This document shows, piece by piece, positions 38,275-51,910 of a stretch of DNA of 64,000 nucleotides. Position 1 is the stretch's first letter, and every line of letters begins with the position of its first letter. Origin of the DNA: Cetorhinus maximus (taxonomy: Eukaryota). Both the position numbers and the translations under genes were made by a program. A model generated the notes under the pieces. It saw nothing but the letters and a program-made list of their open reading frames with translations, did no database searches and was not told the origin of the DNA. The stretch is from contig NC_135892.1 of the NCBI RefSeq assembly GCF_964194155.1, forward strand, positions 83,142,001-83,206,000, given 5' to 3'.

Positions 38275-39095
38275 TTTTTTTTTAATGAAATATAGTTTAT
38301 TCATAAAATTTATAAAAGTAAATTGCATCACAGTTCAAAGTTCACATTATATAAGTGCAAAACCAGTCAGTATGTGGTACTCTAAGGCGCCTCACCACAC
38401 TTACAATTAGAAGTTATATTTACAATATTCATTTCATGTCACATATACAGTCCAAGGGGTTTTACACGGTGTCCAGCCCCTCAGTGTACTATGGCCTCAG
38501 TGTACAGTGGCCTTTCCCCATTGAGCCTTTGTGGCAACTGCCCCAAGCTTTAGTGCATCCCTTGTCCCGGACCTGGGAATGTGTCGCCCTGCAATACTCA
38601 GTCGTCGACAGCACTTTGCACTGGAAGACCAAGTTTCTGGAGGACAAAATAGCATCTTTCACCAGGTCGATGGTCCTCCAGCAGCAGTTAATATTTGTCT
38701 TGGTGTGCATCCCTGAGAACTGCCATGGAGTACAGAGGCCTAGGTTATGGAGCTGCTCGGGATGAAGCTCAACAGAAAAATTCTGTATTTCTTTCTGGGC
38801 CTTCTTTGCAAAGGCGCATTCCAGAAGAAAGCGGGCAATGATCTCTTCCTCGCTGCAGCCGCTTTGAGGGCAGCATGTGGTGGCGCTGAGATACCGGGCT
38901 TGCAGTAAACATCTGGTAGGGAGGGCCCTTCTTATCACAAGCCAAGCTATGTCTTGGTGCTTGTTTGAAAGTTCTGGCAACAAGGCATTCCGCCAAATGA
39001 CTTTGACAGTCTGCTCAAGGAACCATCCAACAGGATCCACCATCTCCTTTTCCCGCAAGAACTTGAGGACGTTATGTGCAGACCACAAGCGAGAA
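38275..39095 (-). mobile_element. Tx1/L1-clade LINE 3' fragment (zf-RVT region)
   Basis: IWRNALLPELSNKHQDIAWLVIRRALPTR...CPQSGC..EE...FLLECAFAK; AATAAA plus an A-tail. Confidence 0.85.
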
Positions 39096-39519
39096 CAATT
39101 GTAAATCCATACAACTTCACATCATATCTGCTAATTCAGCACAGATTAGAGATTTATCCTGGTACTGCCTTGGTCTGTACGGCTTAGTTTTATACCAGGC
39201 AGAGCATTTGCCAAATGACTGCAGAGGAGCCATCTCATTTATTTCCAGCATTTGTTAAAAAGTGTCATTGGAACAGTACAGCACTTTATTTTTACCTCTG
39301 GGTCAGCATGACTTGTACTATCCCTCTGTAAACCAGTGAACCTTAACAAAATTTAGCCATAAATATAAATCACACGGGATGATGTAATCACAAGCCACAA
39401 ATAAGAATTAGTAACACATGATTGGAGTAATGTCATGTGTATCAACTGTTCAGTTACCTTCAGACAGATATTTAACAGGGAACAAAAGTAGATTATGACT
39501 TTATATTCCAGTCAATATA

Positions 39520-39873
39520 TAGGATTGTCAACCTCACCTGGAGTCTCCAGGAATTGAAGTTGAATTTCCAGGACACTGCTGTGTGCAATCCTGGAGAAAA
39601 ATCATCGGGACATTAAAGAAGGAATTTTTTTGTCATTTTCTTTGACTATTTCTCTTTACCAGATATAAAAATATTGAAAATGGGGGAAGAAAAGCTGTTT
39701 GGCTGGCAATCAAGAATCACCCAATTGGATAATGAGTCTTTTTGGTTTCCAATTGACGTAGGAAGACAGTGTGTCAAAAGGATGGATATGTTGGCTAACT
39801 AATGGCTGAAGCGTGTGGGAAAGTCATGTGATGAAACCTCCAGGAATATATTTAATCACAGTTGGCAACCCTA
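39520..39873. mobile_element. hAT-type MITE, inverted relative to 1867-2212
   Basis: TIRs taggattgtcaac / gttggcaacccta; 8-bp TSD tcaatata / ccaatata. Confidence 0.87.
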
Positions 39874-40829
39874 CCAATATACAACGCAATCACTCCAATC
39901 ATGGAGTCTTGATTAGTAGCTTTGTTCTTCCAATAGAAGACTAATTTTTCTCACGCTGATTAATTTAAAGATCTCCTAATTACTTAGTGAGTAAATATGC
40001 CTCAGGGTGTAATACCTTGCTGTAAGACCAGAGGGTTCCAGGTCCAATCCCTGGTCTGTTGAGTATTGAACTAGTTGATCTCACCAGAGCAATAGTTAAG
40101 GTGCTCCAGTTGACCTCAGTATCCTGGTGTCTGGAAGGGGAAACTATCAGCCTGGATTTCTGCTTTGTCCTTCAGTGATTACCATTGGAAAATACCTGTG
40201 CAGGGATGGACTGACCATGCCTCTGATATCCTCCATGTTCAGATAATCTCTTGCCTTTCAGAATCTAGACACACTCTCACACACACACACACACACACGC
40301 AGGGAATGGTCATTTGAGTGAAGAACCAGCTGATAAACACTTGTTGAAATTTAACCCAGTGGGAACCAGCTCTTGAAGGAGAGAATTGGAAAAAAAATAA
40401 AATTAAAAGAAACTCAAAATGATAACTCAAAATGATAACTCAAACATGCAGTAAAATGAAACTCACAGCAAAGAGACTCAGAAGCAGTAACAAACTCAGT
40501 GAGTTGTAATGAAGGGGCCAAATTTTCTGAATTCTTTGCATAGGCAGAACAGTTTGCCCACCAGTCCATTACAGACCTCACTCAGTCAATAAGATGAAAA
40601 CCTGTGGATCCTATAATCAGTGATGATCCACTATGCCAGATGCCACCCAGGTGGTGAAGATGAAAATCTACCATCCAGGTGTTCTATACATTGAAATTAA
40701 ATGTGTTTCTTAAGCATCTTTGATTTCTAAGTTAATTTGGTAACAAGTGCTTTTAGTTTTTAATATTGAGTCCACTCTGTTAGATTGGGAGCAAAGGAAA
40801 CAAAATAGTGACAGCAAAGTATGGTTCAT

Positions 40830-41000
40830 TGTCCTGGTCTTTATTTGTGTTTCTGGGACGTGACTGCATGAGATTTGGCTGCCATGTTCCCTACATTAAG
40901 GCAGCGATTGTACTTTGAAAGTACTTCATTGTCTGTAAGTCACCCTGGGGCACCCTGAGGTCATGAAAAGTATATGAATGCAGATCATTTTTTCCTTTAC
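40830..41000 (+). mobile_element. DeuSINE-type 3' tail
   Basis: ttggctgccatgttccctaca...aagtacttcattg...ctgaggtcatgaaaag. Confidence 0.65.
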
Positions 41001-41606
41001 GAAACCAGGCTGTGCGCTTGAATCACCTGCAATGGCACCTCCAAATTGCAAAGCTATTTGCATTTGTTTTAAATGCAATCCCTACCTGGGATTTCATTAG
41101 GTACTTCATAATGTGTGTTTGTGCAGAACTATGAGCGGTTTCTTCAATTGAACTGAACTTTCCCAGTTCAGTTTCACTCAAAATGTTGTTGGTTATGGTG
41201 CTCTACTTGTCCCCATCTCTGCTGCATCCTATTACAATGTTATTTGATTTGCACCTAGTGTTGCAGAATTTAGCTCATTCAGCGACACTTGCCACATTAC
41301 CTCTCTAATGCCACAGTGTCACGTTCCACTGCATCAGATATGTGAGATAAGCAACATTTCCAACAGGTACCTCATACATCCTGTGCATATAATGAAAAAA
41401 TACTTAAATATGAATATTTTTTCATAAAAATCTTTTTTCATACAAAATCACATTTTATTTTGTCAAGCAAAATATGTTTGTGAAGAAGAGAATGTAAAAC
41501 AAAATGAAAGAACACCGACTTGATGTTGAAGCAGGACAGCTTACATTCAAAGTAGCTGTACTGCATTCAGCAACCGTAAGATCAATTTCAGATCACACGA
41601 CAAACA

Positions 41607-42276
41607 AGCCAGAATTTTACGTCCCGCGGCCGGGCACTCCCCCGACCCGAACATGCATGAAATCACGTAAGATGACGTCGGGTGAGGGCCCTGACGTCGT
41701 TGTGCCCTCGCACGATGTTTCGCTCAGCGGGCGCGCGCAGAAGTCAGAAGATTGCCTGCCGATAATTAAGCAGACAATTAAGGCCATTAACGGCCCAACT
41801 GTCAAAGATTTTTCGTGGCCCATCCAACCTTATGGTTGGGCGGGTGGCCCAATCGGCCAGGTGGATTTTACACATTTTATGAAACCTCATCCAAGGGCGG
41901 GGTGAAATTTCGATTAGGATGTAAAATAAAAAGAAATATCTGGGGGACTATTTTTTTTATGAGGCCTGCTTTCAAGTGCCTGATTGTGCTGCATGCTCAT
42001 TTTTGTGCTTTCTTTTATTATTTGGAGGTCTGCAGCTCCCTGAGGCAGCTGTCTGCCTTCAGGGAGCTCACTGGAAGCGCTCACCAGCACACGGGGTGAT
42101 GTTGGCTCCCCTCCCCCACCAACAACAGTGCTGAGCCTTTCTCCGGACGTGTTTCATGCTGGCTGGCCAGCCAGTGTTAAGTCGCGGTTGGGGGCCGATC
42201 TCAGTCGGAAGCGCACTTCGCGTCCGCTTCCAAGCCCGTCAATCACACACGCCTGACGAGGGAAAAACTCAGGCCC
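41607..42276. mobile_element. Harbinger-derived MITE
   Basis: TIRs agccagaattttac / aaaaactcaggccc; aaacctcatccaagggcggg hairpin remnant at 41881. Confidence 0.82.
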
Positions 42277-42370
42277 ATGTTTGCCACCTAAATATTAACC
42301 TTGGAATCCGAAAGTGTGTCATATTGCAGATTCCAAAATTTGAATCTATATCAAATAGGGTAGAATCATT

Positions 42371-42498
42371 GGCTGGGATTTTCCCGCCCCGTTGTGGTAG
42401 GACCCGATGCCAGGGATGGGGCGGCCCAGCCAAAAGCCCATCGAGTTTCAGCGGGACTGGACGATCCCACGAGTGGGAGGGGCTGGAAACTCCTGCCC
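42371..42498. mobile_element. 128-bp Harbinger-type mini-MITE
   Basis: TIRs ggctgggattttcc / ggaaactcctgccc. Confidence 0.72.
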
Positions 42499-44079
42499 CT
42501 ATCATAGGTTTGGTGTAAAGATCATGAAATTCACTTAATGTTACATTGCTTAAACTTCGTATGTCAGGATGCACAGTGCAAATAATAATCTAATTAACTA
42601 TTCACTCAGCGGGGACATGCAATCCAAGTTGGCAGCCGATTCTGTCCAAAGTTTCCCCCATCAAAACAATAATCTATCTCCTTCTTTTAGATGCAGACTC
42701 TTTTCTTAAATTTCAAAATTTCCTGCATTTAAACTTTTCTTATTTCTAAAATGTAATAAAACGGCTCTCAGCATTATTGTCGTCCACCTGCACAAAGTGC
42801 TTTCTGTTTTACAAGTTGCCTCAGGTGAGTGTAAAGAAAAGATGAAGTGGAATATTATAATAAAACCTCACTGATTGCACTGCTCTCAATTTCGAATGGA
42901 ACATTTGCTTTAGCAGGTTTTATCACTGCATCCTCACAAGAGGTGTCTGATGGAACATTGAGCCACAAGCCAACCATGGCGGTACCCACCAACCCTACAG
43001 TCAATACTTTCAGCACTCAACCTGCGTCACCTACCAACCTCTTGCCTCAAATTCTAGAAAAAAAAGCCTGCCTACTTTCCCACCGATGCATATCGTCAGC
43101 TGTTTCTTATCGCAGCGAGCAAACTTTGTTGTGGGTCGAAGGTGCACAGAATAAGCTGAAGGCGAGCCTGATACGATCGAGCAAGCTGAAAAATGCAAAA
43201 TCTTCCAAAACATCTGAAAAGTGCTCATGAGGGGAAATATGTTCGTAATGGCACACACTCAGATTAACAGAAAGAAACTGGCTCGAACGATTCGCTAACT
43301 GGTCCGCTTTGAGGGGGAAAAGCTCAGCTTCTGAATTACTTACCAACATAGCAGTATAATCTGCTGCGGACAATAGCTTTGTATTATGAGGCTAATTTCA
43401 TAAGTTATAATGATAGTTGTAATGAAGGGCCCCTGTCATTGCCAGTGTTAGAATGTCATTGACTTTTGCCTCACTATTAGTGCACCCTATATACACTGGG
43501 TAGTTTCCCTAATTTGAAAGAAAAGACAAAAACAAAAGTAGACAATTACACCTCATACCAAGACTAGAACGAGTAAGTATAAAGAGGCTTGCTAAATGAG
43601 CATAAGCAACAACTGAATCTTCCTGTTATAAACTGTTTCTCCCTGTAACCCCCTGCCTTCTCTTCTTGAATGGCTGATTCCTTTGACATTGGAAACCACC
43701 ACCCACCCCCGATACTTTTCACACATAGTGTTGCTTCAAACAAAGATAGTGTGTTTTAGAAGGGTTATTTGATGGTGGAGGGTATTGTAGCCAAGTCTCA
43801 TCCTGTCTACATCTGATGTCTGCAACAGTCACTTTCTGGAAAAGGCAGCTGAATAAAGAGCTGAAGCTAGCTGATTCTTTCCCTCCCTAACTCAGTGCGA
43901 TTTGGACTACCCATAACTACATGTACCCTGACTAAGGTCAATACTTCAATCCAGGAGCAGATGAGGGACAGATGTTTGGATACATTTTCACTTGTATATA
44001 AACTATACGATGATCTTTTTTTTAATCTATGTTCCTCAAATATAATTTTCACATAATTATATGCACAGGGTCAGCAACA

Positions 44080-44360
44080 TTATGCATACCAGCATGCTGG
44101 TATGCGTAACGTTGCTGACCCTGTACATTTATGACACAATTGTTGTCCACCATACCAAAAATGCAATGAATGCAGTGAGGGGAAAATATTAGCTTCATCA
44201 AAGGGACCTGTGAGTATATATGTGCACAAATCATTGAAGGTGGTGGGGCAGGTTGAGAAAGGCAGTTAATAAAGCATATGGGATCCTGGGCTTAATGAAT
44301 AGGGGCATAGAGGACAGAAGAAAGGAAGTTAAAATGAACTTTTATAAAACAATGGTACGG
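44080..44360 (+). mobile_element. CR1 RT fragment
   Basis: RDL..YVHKSLK...KAYGILGLMNRGIE...LYKTMVR-like coding remnant. Confidence 0.7.
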
Positions 44361-45369
44361 CAGGTTAAGGGTTAGTGAGCCTGCACACTGCACTCCCAAC
44401 CTGGCCGGCTCCATTGGAGGGGTAAGCATCTCCTAACTCCCCACAACTTTCATGCAGTTGGACCAGCTTCTCCATGATTCAGGTTCACAACCCTTCAGAG
44501 GAGTCCTGAATCATAGCCTGGATTTGGAAACCTTTTGAAAGGTAACTTCAAAAAATCTTACTCATGGGCCCTCCATGAGCAACTGAGAGCCCGAACTCTT
44601 ATAAAAGGATTATTTGAGTGAGTTTGTTTACACAGGCACAGAGACGTTTTGAATTTGCTTGATTGACATCTCTATGGGGTTACAATGTTATTTTTTCTAT
44701 GATCTTTTTCATCATCATCTCGAAGTTTAATTGCAGAAGATTAAGAGTATCAAGATCTTAAAGCTGCTGTTATTGATGCTTTCATGGTTTGGTCGATTGG
44801 CACTTTTATAGGTTTGTAGGAATACCAATTCTTTTCAAAAAATTATGAATGGGTGTTTTTTTCTAAGCAGTTTCTAAGCCATTGTTGCTATAGGGGCCTT
44901 TGGTCCTGTACATAGCGGACACTGTGTGAATGGGCTTTGAGTTGGTATGGAGGGTATGAGAGGCTATTAGAGTGGGCAGGGAGCATGGGTTGGCATTGAG
45001 TTAGGAAGGGAGCTATAAGTAGCTATGGGAGCGGATGTGGGCATGCATTGGCATGGGGTCATACAGGTGTCATGGGGAGTGGCTGGGGCATGATGGGGTT
45101 TGAGGGGTGAAGGCTAGAGTACTTAAAATGTAACCAGAGAACTGGGACGAAGTCCTAGAGAGCCAAGGCGGGTCTTTTAACCAGCCTGCCTCAGCACTCA
45201 GCAGCCCCTTTGGCCACCTCTGATATGCTTCTGGGTGAAGCAGCCCCAACTCTATTGTACCCCCGCCTCCCCAGAGCAAAAGTAGCTTGTAAAGGGGCAC
45301 TTTATACCGGGACAGATCTGCCAAGTCAGGAAATTTTGCTACTCACCTCGGTAGCAAAAATTTACCCCA
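44360..45369. mobile_element. Old Harbinger-type non-autonomous element
   Basis: Right end aaaaatttacccc; internal similarity to 28930-29200. Confidence 0.5.
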
Positions 45370-47909
45370 ACCTCTGTTTTTCAAACGTATCCCTCTGGAA
45401 ATGAATCCCTGTACTTTGTTATTTTTATGACTTTGTTAACCTGTGATGCCACTTCTAGTGATTTGTGTATATGTATCCCCAGATACACCTGTTCCTCTAC
45501 CCCACACTTATTTTCCAAGGACTATATGGCCTCCTTACCTTTCCTACCAAAATGTACCACCCTCACACTGGTGACATGCCTCCAGGCATTAGCATTAGGT
45601 TCCATTCAGAGAAGCTCTTCAATGTCTCCTGACAGCATTCCTCCACCACAGTCAGAAAGGTTGTAATCAAAGAGCTTCAGTGTGCAGATGAATGTGCTTC
45701 TACCCTAGCTGCCCATAATGAGAAAGACATCCAGACTATGGAAAATTCTCGAGCGCTGCCAAAAGCTTTCATCTCCAAATCAGTGTCTCCAAGGCCAAGG
45801 TTATGTTTCAGCTGGTGCCAGGTGCACACTATGAAGCATCAGATGTAACGATTAATGCACCAGCCTCTAGGTTGTAGAAAAATTGTCCAGAGATGCCACC
45901 ATTAATGAAGATATCTGCACACACATCCGGAAAGCAAGCTCTGCCTATGGCCAACTCCATAATTGTGCTTTGATGGAACATCACGTTAAGCTGACTAAAA
46001 TCAAACTTTACCAGGTCATTGTCTTCACTATTGTCCATTGTTCATTGCCATTGTCCTTCAGGGGAAACTGGTGGCGTAGTGGTAATGTCACTGACCAGTA
46101 ACCAAGAGGCCCAGGTTAATGCTATGGGGCCACGGCAGCTGGTGAAATTTAAATTCAATTAATAGATCTGGAATCAAAAAGTTAGTCTCTGTAATGGTGA
46201 CCAAAAAGCCATTGTCGATTTTTGTAAAAGTCCATCTGGTTCACTAATGTCTTTTAGGGAAGGAAATCTGCTGTCCTTACCTGTTCTGGCCTACATGTGA
46301 CTGCAGACCCACAGCAACGTGCTTGACTCTTAAATGCCTTCTCAAATGGCCTAGCAAGCTATACAGTTATATCAAACTCCAACAAGGTCAAAAAGGAATT
46401 AAACCAGACCTAACATCGACCTCGGCACTGGAAATAACAACAGCACACCCAGCCCTGTCGACCTTGCAAAGTCCTTCTTACTTACATCTGGGGGCTTGTG
46501 CCAGAATTGGGAATGTTGTCCCATAGACTAATCAAGCAACAGTCTGGCATAGCCATACTCACCGAATTATACCTTACAGACAATGTTCCAGACACCAGCA
46601 TCACCATCACCATCCCTGGGTATGTCCTCTCCCACTGTTATTACAGACCCACCAGAGGAGACAGTCAATGGTATACAGTCAGGAGGGAGTTGCCCTGGGA
46701 GCTCTCAACATCGACTCTGGACCCCATGAATTCTCCTCAGGTCAAACATGGGCAAGGAAATCTCCTGCTGATTACCACCCACTGCCCTTCATGTGCTGAT
46801 GAATCAGTATGCCTCCATGTTGAACACCAATTGGAAGAAGCACCGAGGGTGGCAGGGCACAGAATATACTCTGGGTGGAAGAATTCAATGTCCATCACCA
46901 AGAGTGGCCAGGTAGCATCATTACAGACTGAGCTGGCCAAGTCTTCAAGGACATTGCTGCTAGTTTGGGCCTGTGGCAGGTGGTGAGAGAACCAACAAGA
47001 GGGAAAAACCTACTTGACATTGCCCTCACCAACCTACCTGTCGCAGATGCACCTGGATGCATCTGTAGGAGTGACCACTGAACAGTCCTTGTGGAGACGA
47101 AATCCCAACTTCACATTGAGGATACCAGATTGCGAACAGATCTAGCAGCTCAAAACTGAACTCCAGAGGTGAGGTGAGAGTGACTGCCCTTGACATCAAG
47201 GCATCATTTGGCTGAGTGTGGCATCAAGGAACTGAAGTCAATGGGAATCAGGAGGAAAATTGGAGTCATACCTAGCACGAAAGAAGATGGTTGTGGTTAT
47301 TGAAGGTCAATAATTTCAGTTCCAGGACATCACTGCAGGAGTTCCTCAGGGTAGCATCCTCAGCCCAGCCATCTTCAGCTGCTTCATCAATGACCTTCCT
47401 TCCATCATAAGGTCAGAAGTGGGGATGTTCACTGATGATTGCACGATGTTCAGCACCATTCGCAACTCTTCAGATACTGAAGCAGTCCATGTCCAAATGC
47501 AGCAAGACTTGAACAATATCCAGGCTTGAGCTGATAAGTGGCAAGTAACATTCGCGCAACACAAGTGCCAGGCAATGACCATCTCCAACAAGAGAGAATC
47601 TAACCATCGACCCTTGATGTTCAATGGCATTATCATTGCTGAATCTCCCACTGTCAACATCCTGGGGGTTACCGTTGACCAGAAATTGAACTGGATCAGC
47701 CATATAAACACTATAGCTACAAGAGCAGGTCAACGGCTGGGAATTGAGATGCCTCCAGACTCCCCCAAAGCCTGTCCACCATCTACAAGGCACAAGTCAG
47801 GAATGTGCTGGAATACTCTCCGCTTACCTGGGTGAGTGCAGCTCCAACCACACTCCAGAAGCTCGACACCATCCAAGACATAGCAGCCAGCTTGATTGGC
47901 GCCCCATCC

Positions 47910-48968
47910 TCTCTCTCTCTCTAGCTGTCCTTCGAAGCGAGGAGGAGGACGCTTGCCACAGATCCTCTGGCAAGAGCTTTCACATGGAGTCTTTTGACAT
48001 GGGGAGGCCTTTCCACTTCAGCTACCACATGGTTCTGGCTGACCAAGGTGACCGAGGTGCAGAGGTATCTAGGTGTTCTCGTGCACGAGTCACAAAACGT
48101 TAGTATGCAGGTACAGCATGTAATCAAGAAGGCTAATGGAATGCTATCCTTTATTACGAGAGGAATTGAACATATAAGTAAGGATGTGCTTCAGTTATTC
48201 AGCACTGGTGAGACTGCATCTTGAATACTGTGTGCAGTTTTGGTCTCCTTATTTAAGGAAGGAGGTAAATGCATTGGAGGTGGTTCAGAGGAGGTTTACT
48301 AGATTGATACTTGGAATGAACGGATTGTCTCATGAGGAAAGATTAGACAGACTGGGCTTGTTTCCACTGGAATTTAGAAGAGTGAGGAGTTGGTTGAAGT
48401 ATATCAGATCCTGGATGGCCTTGACAAGGTGATTGTGGAAAGGATGTTTCCTCTTGTAAGCGAGTCCAAAACTAGGGGGCACAGTTTTAAAATTAGGGGT
48501 CACCCTTTTAGGACAGAGACGTGGAAATTTTTTTTCCTCAGAGGATTGCAAAATTTTAGAACTCTCTGCCTCAGAAGGTGGTGGAGGCGGGGTCACTGAA
48601 TATTTTTAAGGCAGAGGTAGATAGATTCTTGTTAGGCGAGGGAATAAAAGGTTGTCAGGAGTATATGGGAATGTGGAACTCAAAACACAAACAGATCAGC
48701 CATGATCTTATTGAATGGCAGAGCAGGCTCGAGGGGCCAAATGGCCTGCTTCTGCTCCTATTTCGTATGTCTGTATGTTCGTAAGAAACTCTCCCACTCT
48801 TAACATCTTCAGTAGGCATATCAGAAGGGTTTACAGGTTGAAAATCAACCTGCTTGGCCACACAACAAATGCACCTTTCACGGTCATTATCAGGTCCCGG
48901 GGTGGGACTCAAACCCAGAGCTTCTGGCCCATAGGTAGGATCGCTACTCACAGCACCACAAGACCTCC
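47910..48968 (-). mobile_element. tRNA-derived SINE with an RTE-like (AG)n tail, interrupted by a CR1
   Basis: Head ggaggtcttgtggtgctgtgag...ggtttgagtccc; 13-bp TSD tggcgccccatcc / tggcacaccatcc. Confidence 0.8.
48052..48783 (+). mobile_element. CR1 3' fragment, the innermost layer of the nest
   Basis: [20 protein letters not shown] and RGHSFKIRG motifs; tatg-type tail. Confidence 0.92.
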
Positions 48969-50372
48969 TGGCACACCATCCATCACCGATGCACAGAGGC
49001 AGCAGTGTGTACCATCTACAAGATGCACTACAGCAACTCACCAAGGCTCCTTCCAAACCTGTGACCACTACCACTAGAAGGACAAGGGCAGCAGATGCAT
49101 GGGAACACTGCCAACTGGAAGTTCCCCTCCAAGCCACTCCCGACTCTGACTTGGAAATATGTCTCTGTCACTTCACTGCCGCTGAGTCAAAATCCTGGAA
49201 CTCCTTCCCTAGCGGCACTCTGGGAGTACCTACACCATATGAACTGCTGCAGTTCAAGGATGTGGCTCACCATAACCTTCTCAATCCTGGAACTCCTTCC
49301 CTAGCAGCACTCTGGGAGTACCTACACCATATGAACTGCAGCAGTTCAAGGATGTGGCTCACCATCACCTTCTCAAGAGCAATTAGGGATGGGCAACAGA
49401 TGCTGGTCTTACAAGTGGTGTCCAATCCTGTGAAAGAATTTTTTTAAGTCCTGCTGTATGGCACAGAATCCTGGGTCTGTTATAGTCACCATATCAAAGC
49501 TCTGGAATGCTTCCAACAAAGACCCCTGAGGTCCACCATGAGGGTTCAATGGCAGAACAAAATCACACACAATGAGGCCCTCCATTGTGCTGGGCTCAGC
49601 AGCATAGAGACCACCCTCCAGAAAATTCAACTTAGATGGGGAGGCCTTCTCCTAAAATGTAATCCTGCATGGATGTCTACAGAATCCCCAAGCAGCTCTT
49701 CTATTGGGAACTGCAGGACAAACAACATCAAGGACACTCTAAAAAATAGCCATACAAACTTCTGCATTGCAGACTGCCTCTCTTGGGAAAACACTACAGC
49801 TGGCTGGCCCATTTGGATGCCAGCATTGAAATTTGGTTCAGCATCTTTCGAGAGCCATCTGCACCAAGCTTGCAACATCCAACATGCCCAGAGGAAGGCC
49901 CGAGGTGATGCATCTGCTGAAGGTCCCCTCACCACCATCAACAAAATGAACGGCCAATTCTGTGGACGTCCAGGTTGACCCTGCATTAGATTCTTCAGCC
50001 ATGAAGGGACCCACGGAAGATGATGAAATCACTTACATACTCGAACAATGAGGAATCTACCAGCAGTTTCTTACACTGATTTATACTGAGGTTCATTTGC
50101 CAATTACATGCAAGCTTATTAATGTTTTCCTCTATTTTGCCATAGTCCTCTGTATTCACTACACTGCCCAATTTGGTGTCATCTGCACATATTGAAATTG
50201 TAATTCCAATTCACAAGTACAAATCATTCATGTAAATGGTGGTGCACCATTCCTTGTGGAGTACCACTTTGCACCATTTGTCAATCCAAGTAATTATCTT
50301 TAACCCTTACACTCTGGTTTCTGTTTTGTAGCCAGATTACTATCCATCCTACTACTTGTGCCCGACTCCATG

Positions 50373-50981
50373 GGGAGGATTTTCCCCTTGTCGGGCAGGC
50401 CCAGGAGTAGCCATGCAATGGTCCACCACCCGCGATCGGATCCCGACCGATGATTGACCAGCCAGAGTGAATCGTGCGCTGAAACGCTCAGCGCTACCTG
50501 GGTGGGGGCAAGCGGGTGTGCTCACAGAAAGCTCCCTGAAGGCACAGAGCTGCCTCAGGGGGCTGAAGATTTTTAACTTTACAAATAAAGATGGTAAAAT
50601 TAAGGAAAACATGTCCCCTTATGTGTCACATGAGTGAGGACATGTTAGAAATGCGATTTAAACATTTTTATTTTATTTTTAATTAATATTGGAAACCTCA
50701 TCCCGCCCGTGGATGAGGTTTCCTCAAAAATCCAAAGGCCGCTTGGCCTTTTTGCCCGCCTGCCATCTATAAGGTTGGACAGGCAGGGAAAAATTCCATT
50801 TAATTAATGGGCTTAACAGCCCTTTTAATTGTTGGTGGGCATGCTACCGACCCACGCACGCGCCTGCTGACCAAAATATCACACGTGCGCAATGCTGTCG
50901 GGATGCTTGCCAGACATTATCGCGTGATATGTCACACTCATGCGTGTCAAGTACGCGCCCGCATCAGCCGCATATATTCTG
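50373..50981. mobile_element. Harbinger-derived MITE (right TIR clipped)
   Basis: Left TIR gggaggattttcc; hairpin ggaaacctcatcccgcccgtggatgaggtttcc at about 50691-50723. Confidence 0.82.
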
Positions 50982-51624
50982 AAGTTAGTTATGAGTATAC
51001 TATGTGGTACTTTATCAAAAGCCTTTTGGAAATGTATTTATGGATCTACTACATCTACTACATTACCCTTATTTGTCCTCTCTATTGATTCTTCAAAGAA
51101 TTCAATAAGGCTGGTCAAGCATGGCCTTCCCTTTAGAAACCTGTTCTGATGAAACTTTGTTACATTTTCAGTTTCTAGATGTTTTCCCATCTTTGAATAA
51201 GGATTTCATTATCTTTTCTACCAACAACATTCAGCTAATTGTGTGCAATAGTGCATCTGCTAGCTCTTCCCCAAGTTGATTCATATTTGTCCAGAGTACT
51301 GCCACTGGATGTAAAGTGATAAACATAGTGAAGAGTTCAAATATTGACACTTTGCAAAGAATCACACTTTTCACACATATGTGCTCTTTGTTGTTCGTGC
51401 TACACCTTAGTCATCAGGGATTGCACTAAAATGTAATCCTTTTCCATCTATTGTCACTTCGCAGCTCTTCCTACAATCCTTGTTCTACCATTTCCATAGA
51501 CAGTACTTCATTAAAGTTTTTAAACTGGTAAACACAAAGCTGGAATCAATCTCAAGCAGATCAGTTAACTTGCCTTGAAGTTGATTAGCCCAATTTTACT
51601 TTTCATGCAGTTACATTATCGACT

Positions 51625-51910
51625 GACTAAAAATTAAAGGGAATTTTCAGGGGCCCAGACAAAGCAGGTAGGAAGAAAATGTCCCCATTTGTGAAAGGGC
51701 CAAGAACCAGAGGACACCAATTTAAGGTGATTGACAAAAGGAGCAATGGTGGGATGAGGAAGAATTTGTTTGCAAAGTAAGTGGTAGGATCTGGATTGCA
51801 CTGCCTGAGAGTGTGATGGAGGCAGATTGTGACTTTCAAAAGGGAATTGTACACGCACCTGAAGATAAAAGCTTTGCAGGACTACAGGGAAATTAGATAC
51901 TCTGCTGCTC
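51625..51910 (+). mobile_element. CR1 3' fragment
   Basis: agaggacaccaatttaaggtgattg...gcactgcctgagagtgtg. Confidence 0.75.

Larger units (their letters stand above)
46061..49447 (+). mobile_element. tRNA-headed LINE, copy 1 (head, AP endonuclease, RT and tail; internally deleted and interrupted)
   Basis: A box tggcgtagtgg at 46072-46082, then SINE body, then ILTELYLTDNVPD..IPGY endonuclease, GVPQGSIL.PAIF and FTDDC RT motifs, then the tail. Confidence 0.9.
45571..50069 (+). mobile_element. RTE LINE in pieces (45571-46060 and 49448-50069)
   Basis: IRKASSAYGQL...KLYQVIV | LLYGTESWVCYSHHIKALECFQQR; flanking TSD ctcacactg / cttacactg. Confidence 0.82.
45370..51240 (-). mobile_element. Old CR1 in pieces (45370-45570, 50070-50372, 50982-51240), the outermost layer of a nest
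   Basis: Minus-strand RT motifs (ADDTK at ggtgtcatctgc; FQKAFDKVPH at tgtggtactttatcaaaagccttttggaa). Confidence 0.75.

Noticed and set aside
46346-46357. ATG GCC TAG CAA as programmed stop readthrough at the LINE start
   Set aside because: The codon differs among copies (TAG, TGG, TAA) and the context is not CARYYA; it cannot be judged without a consensus.
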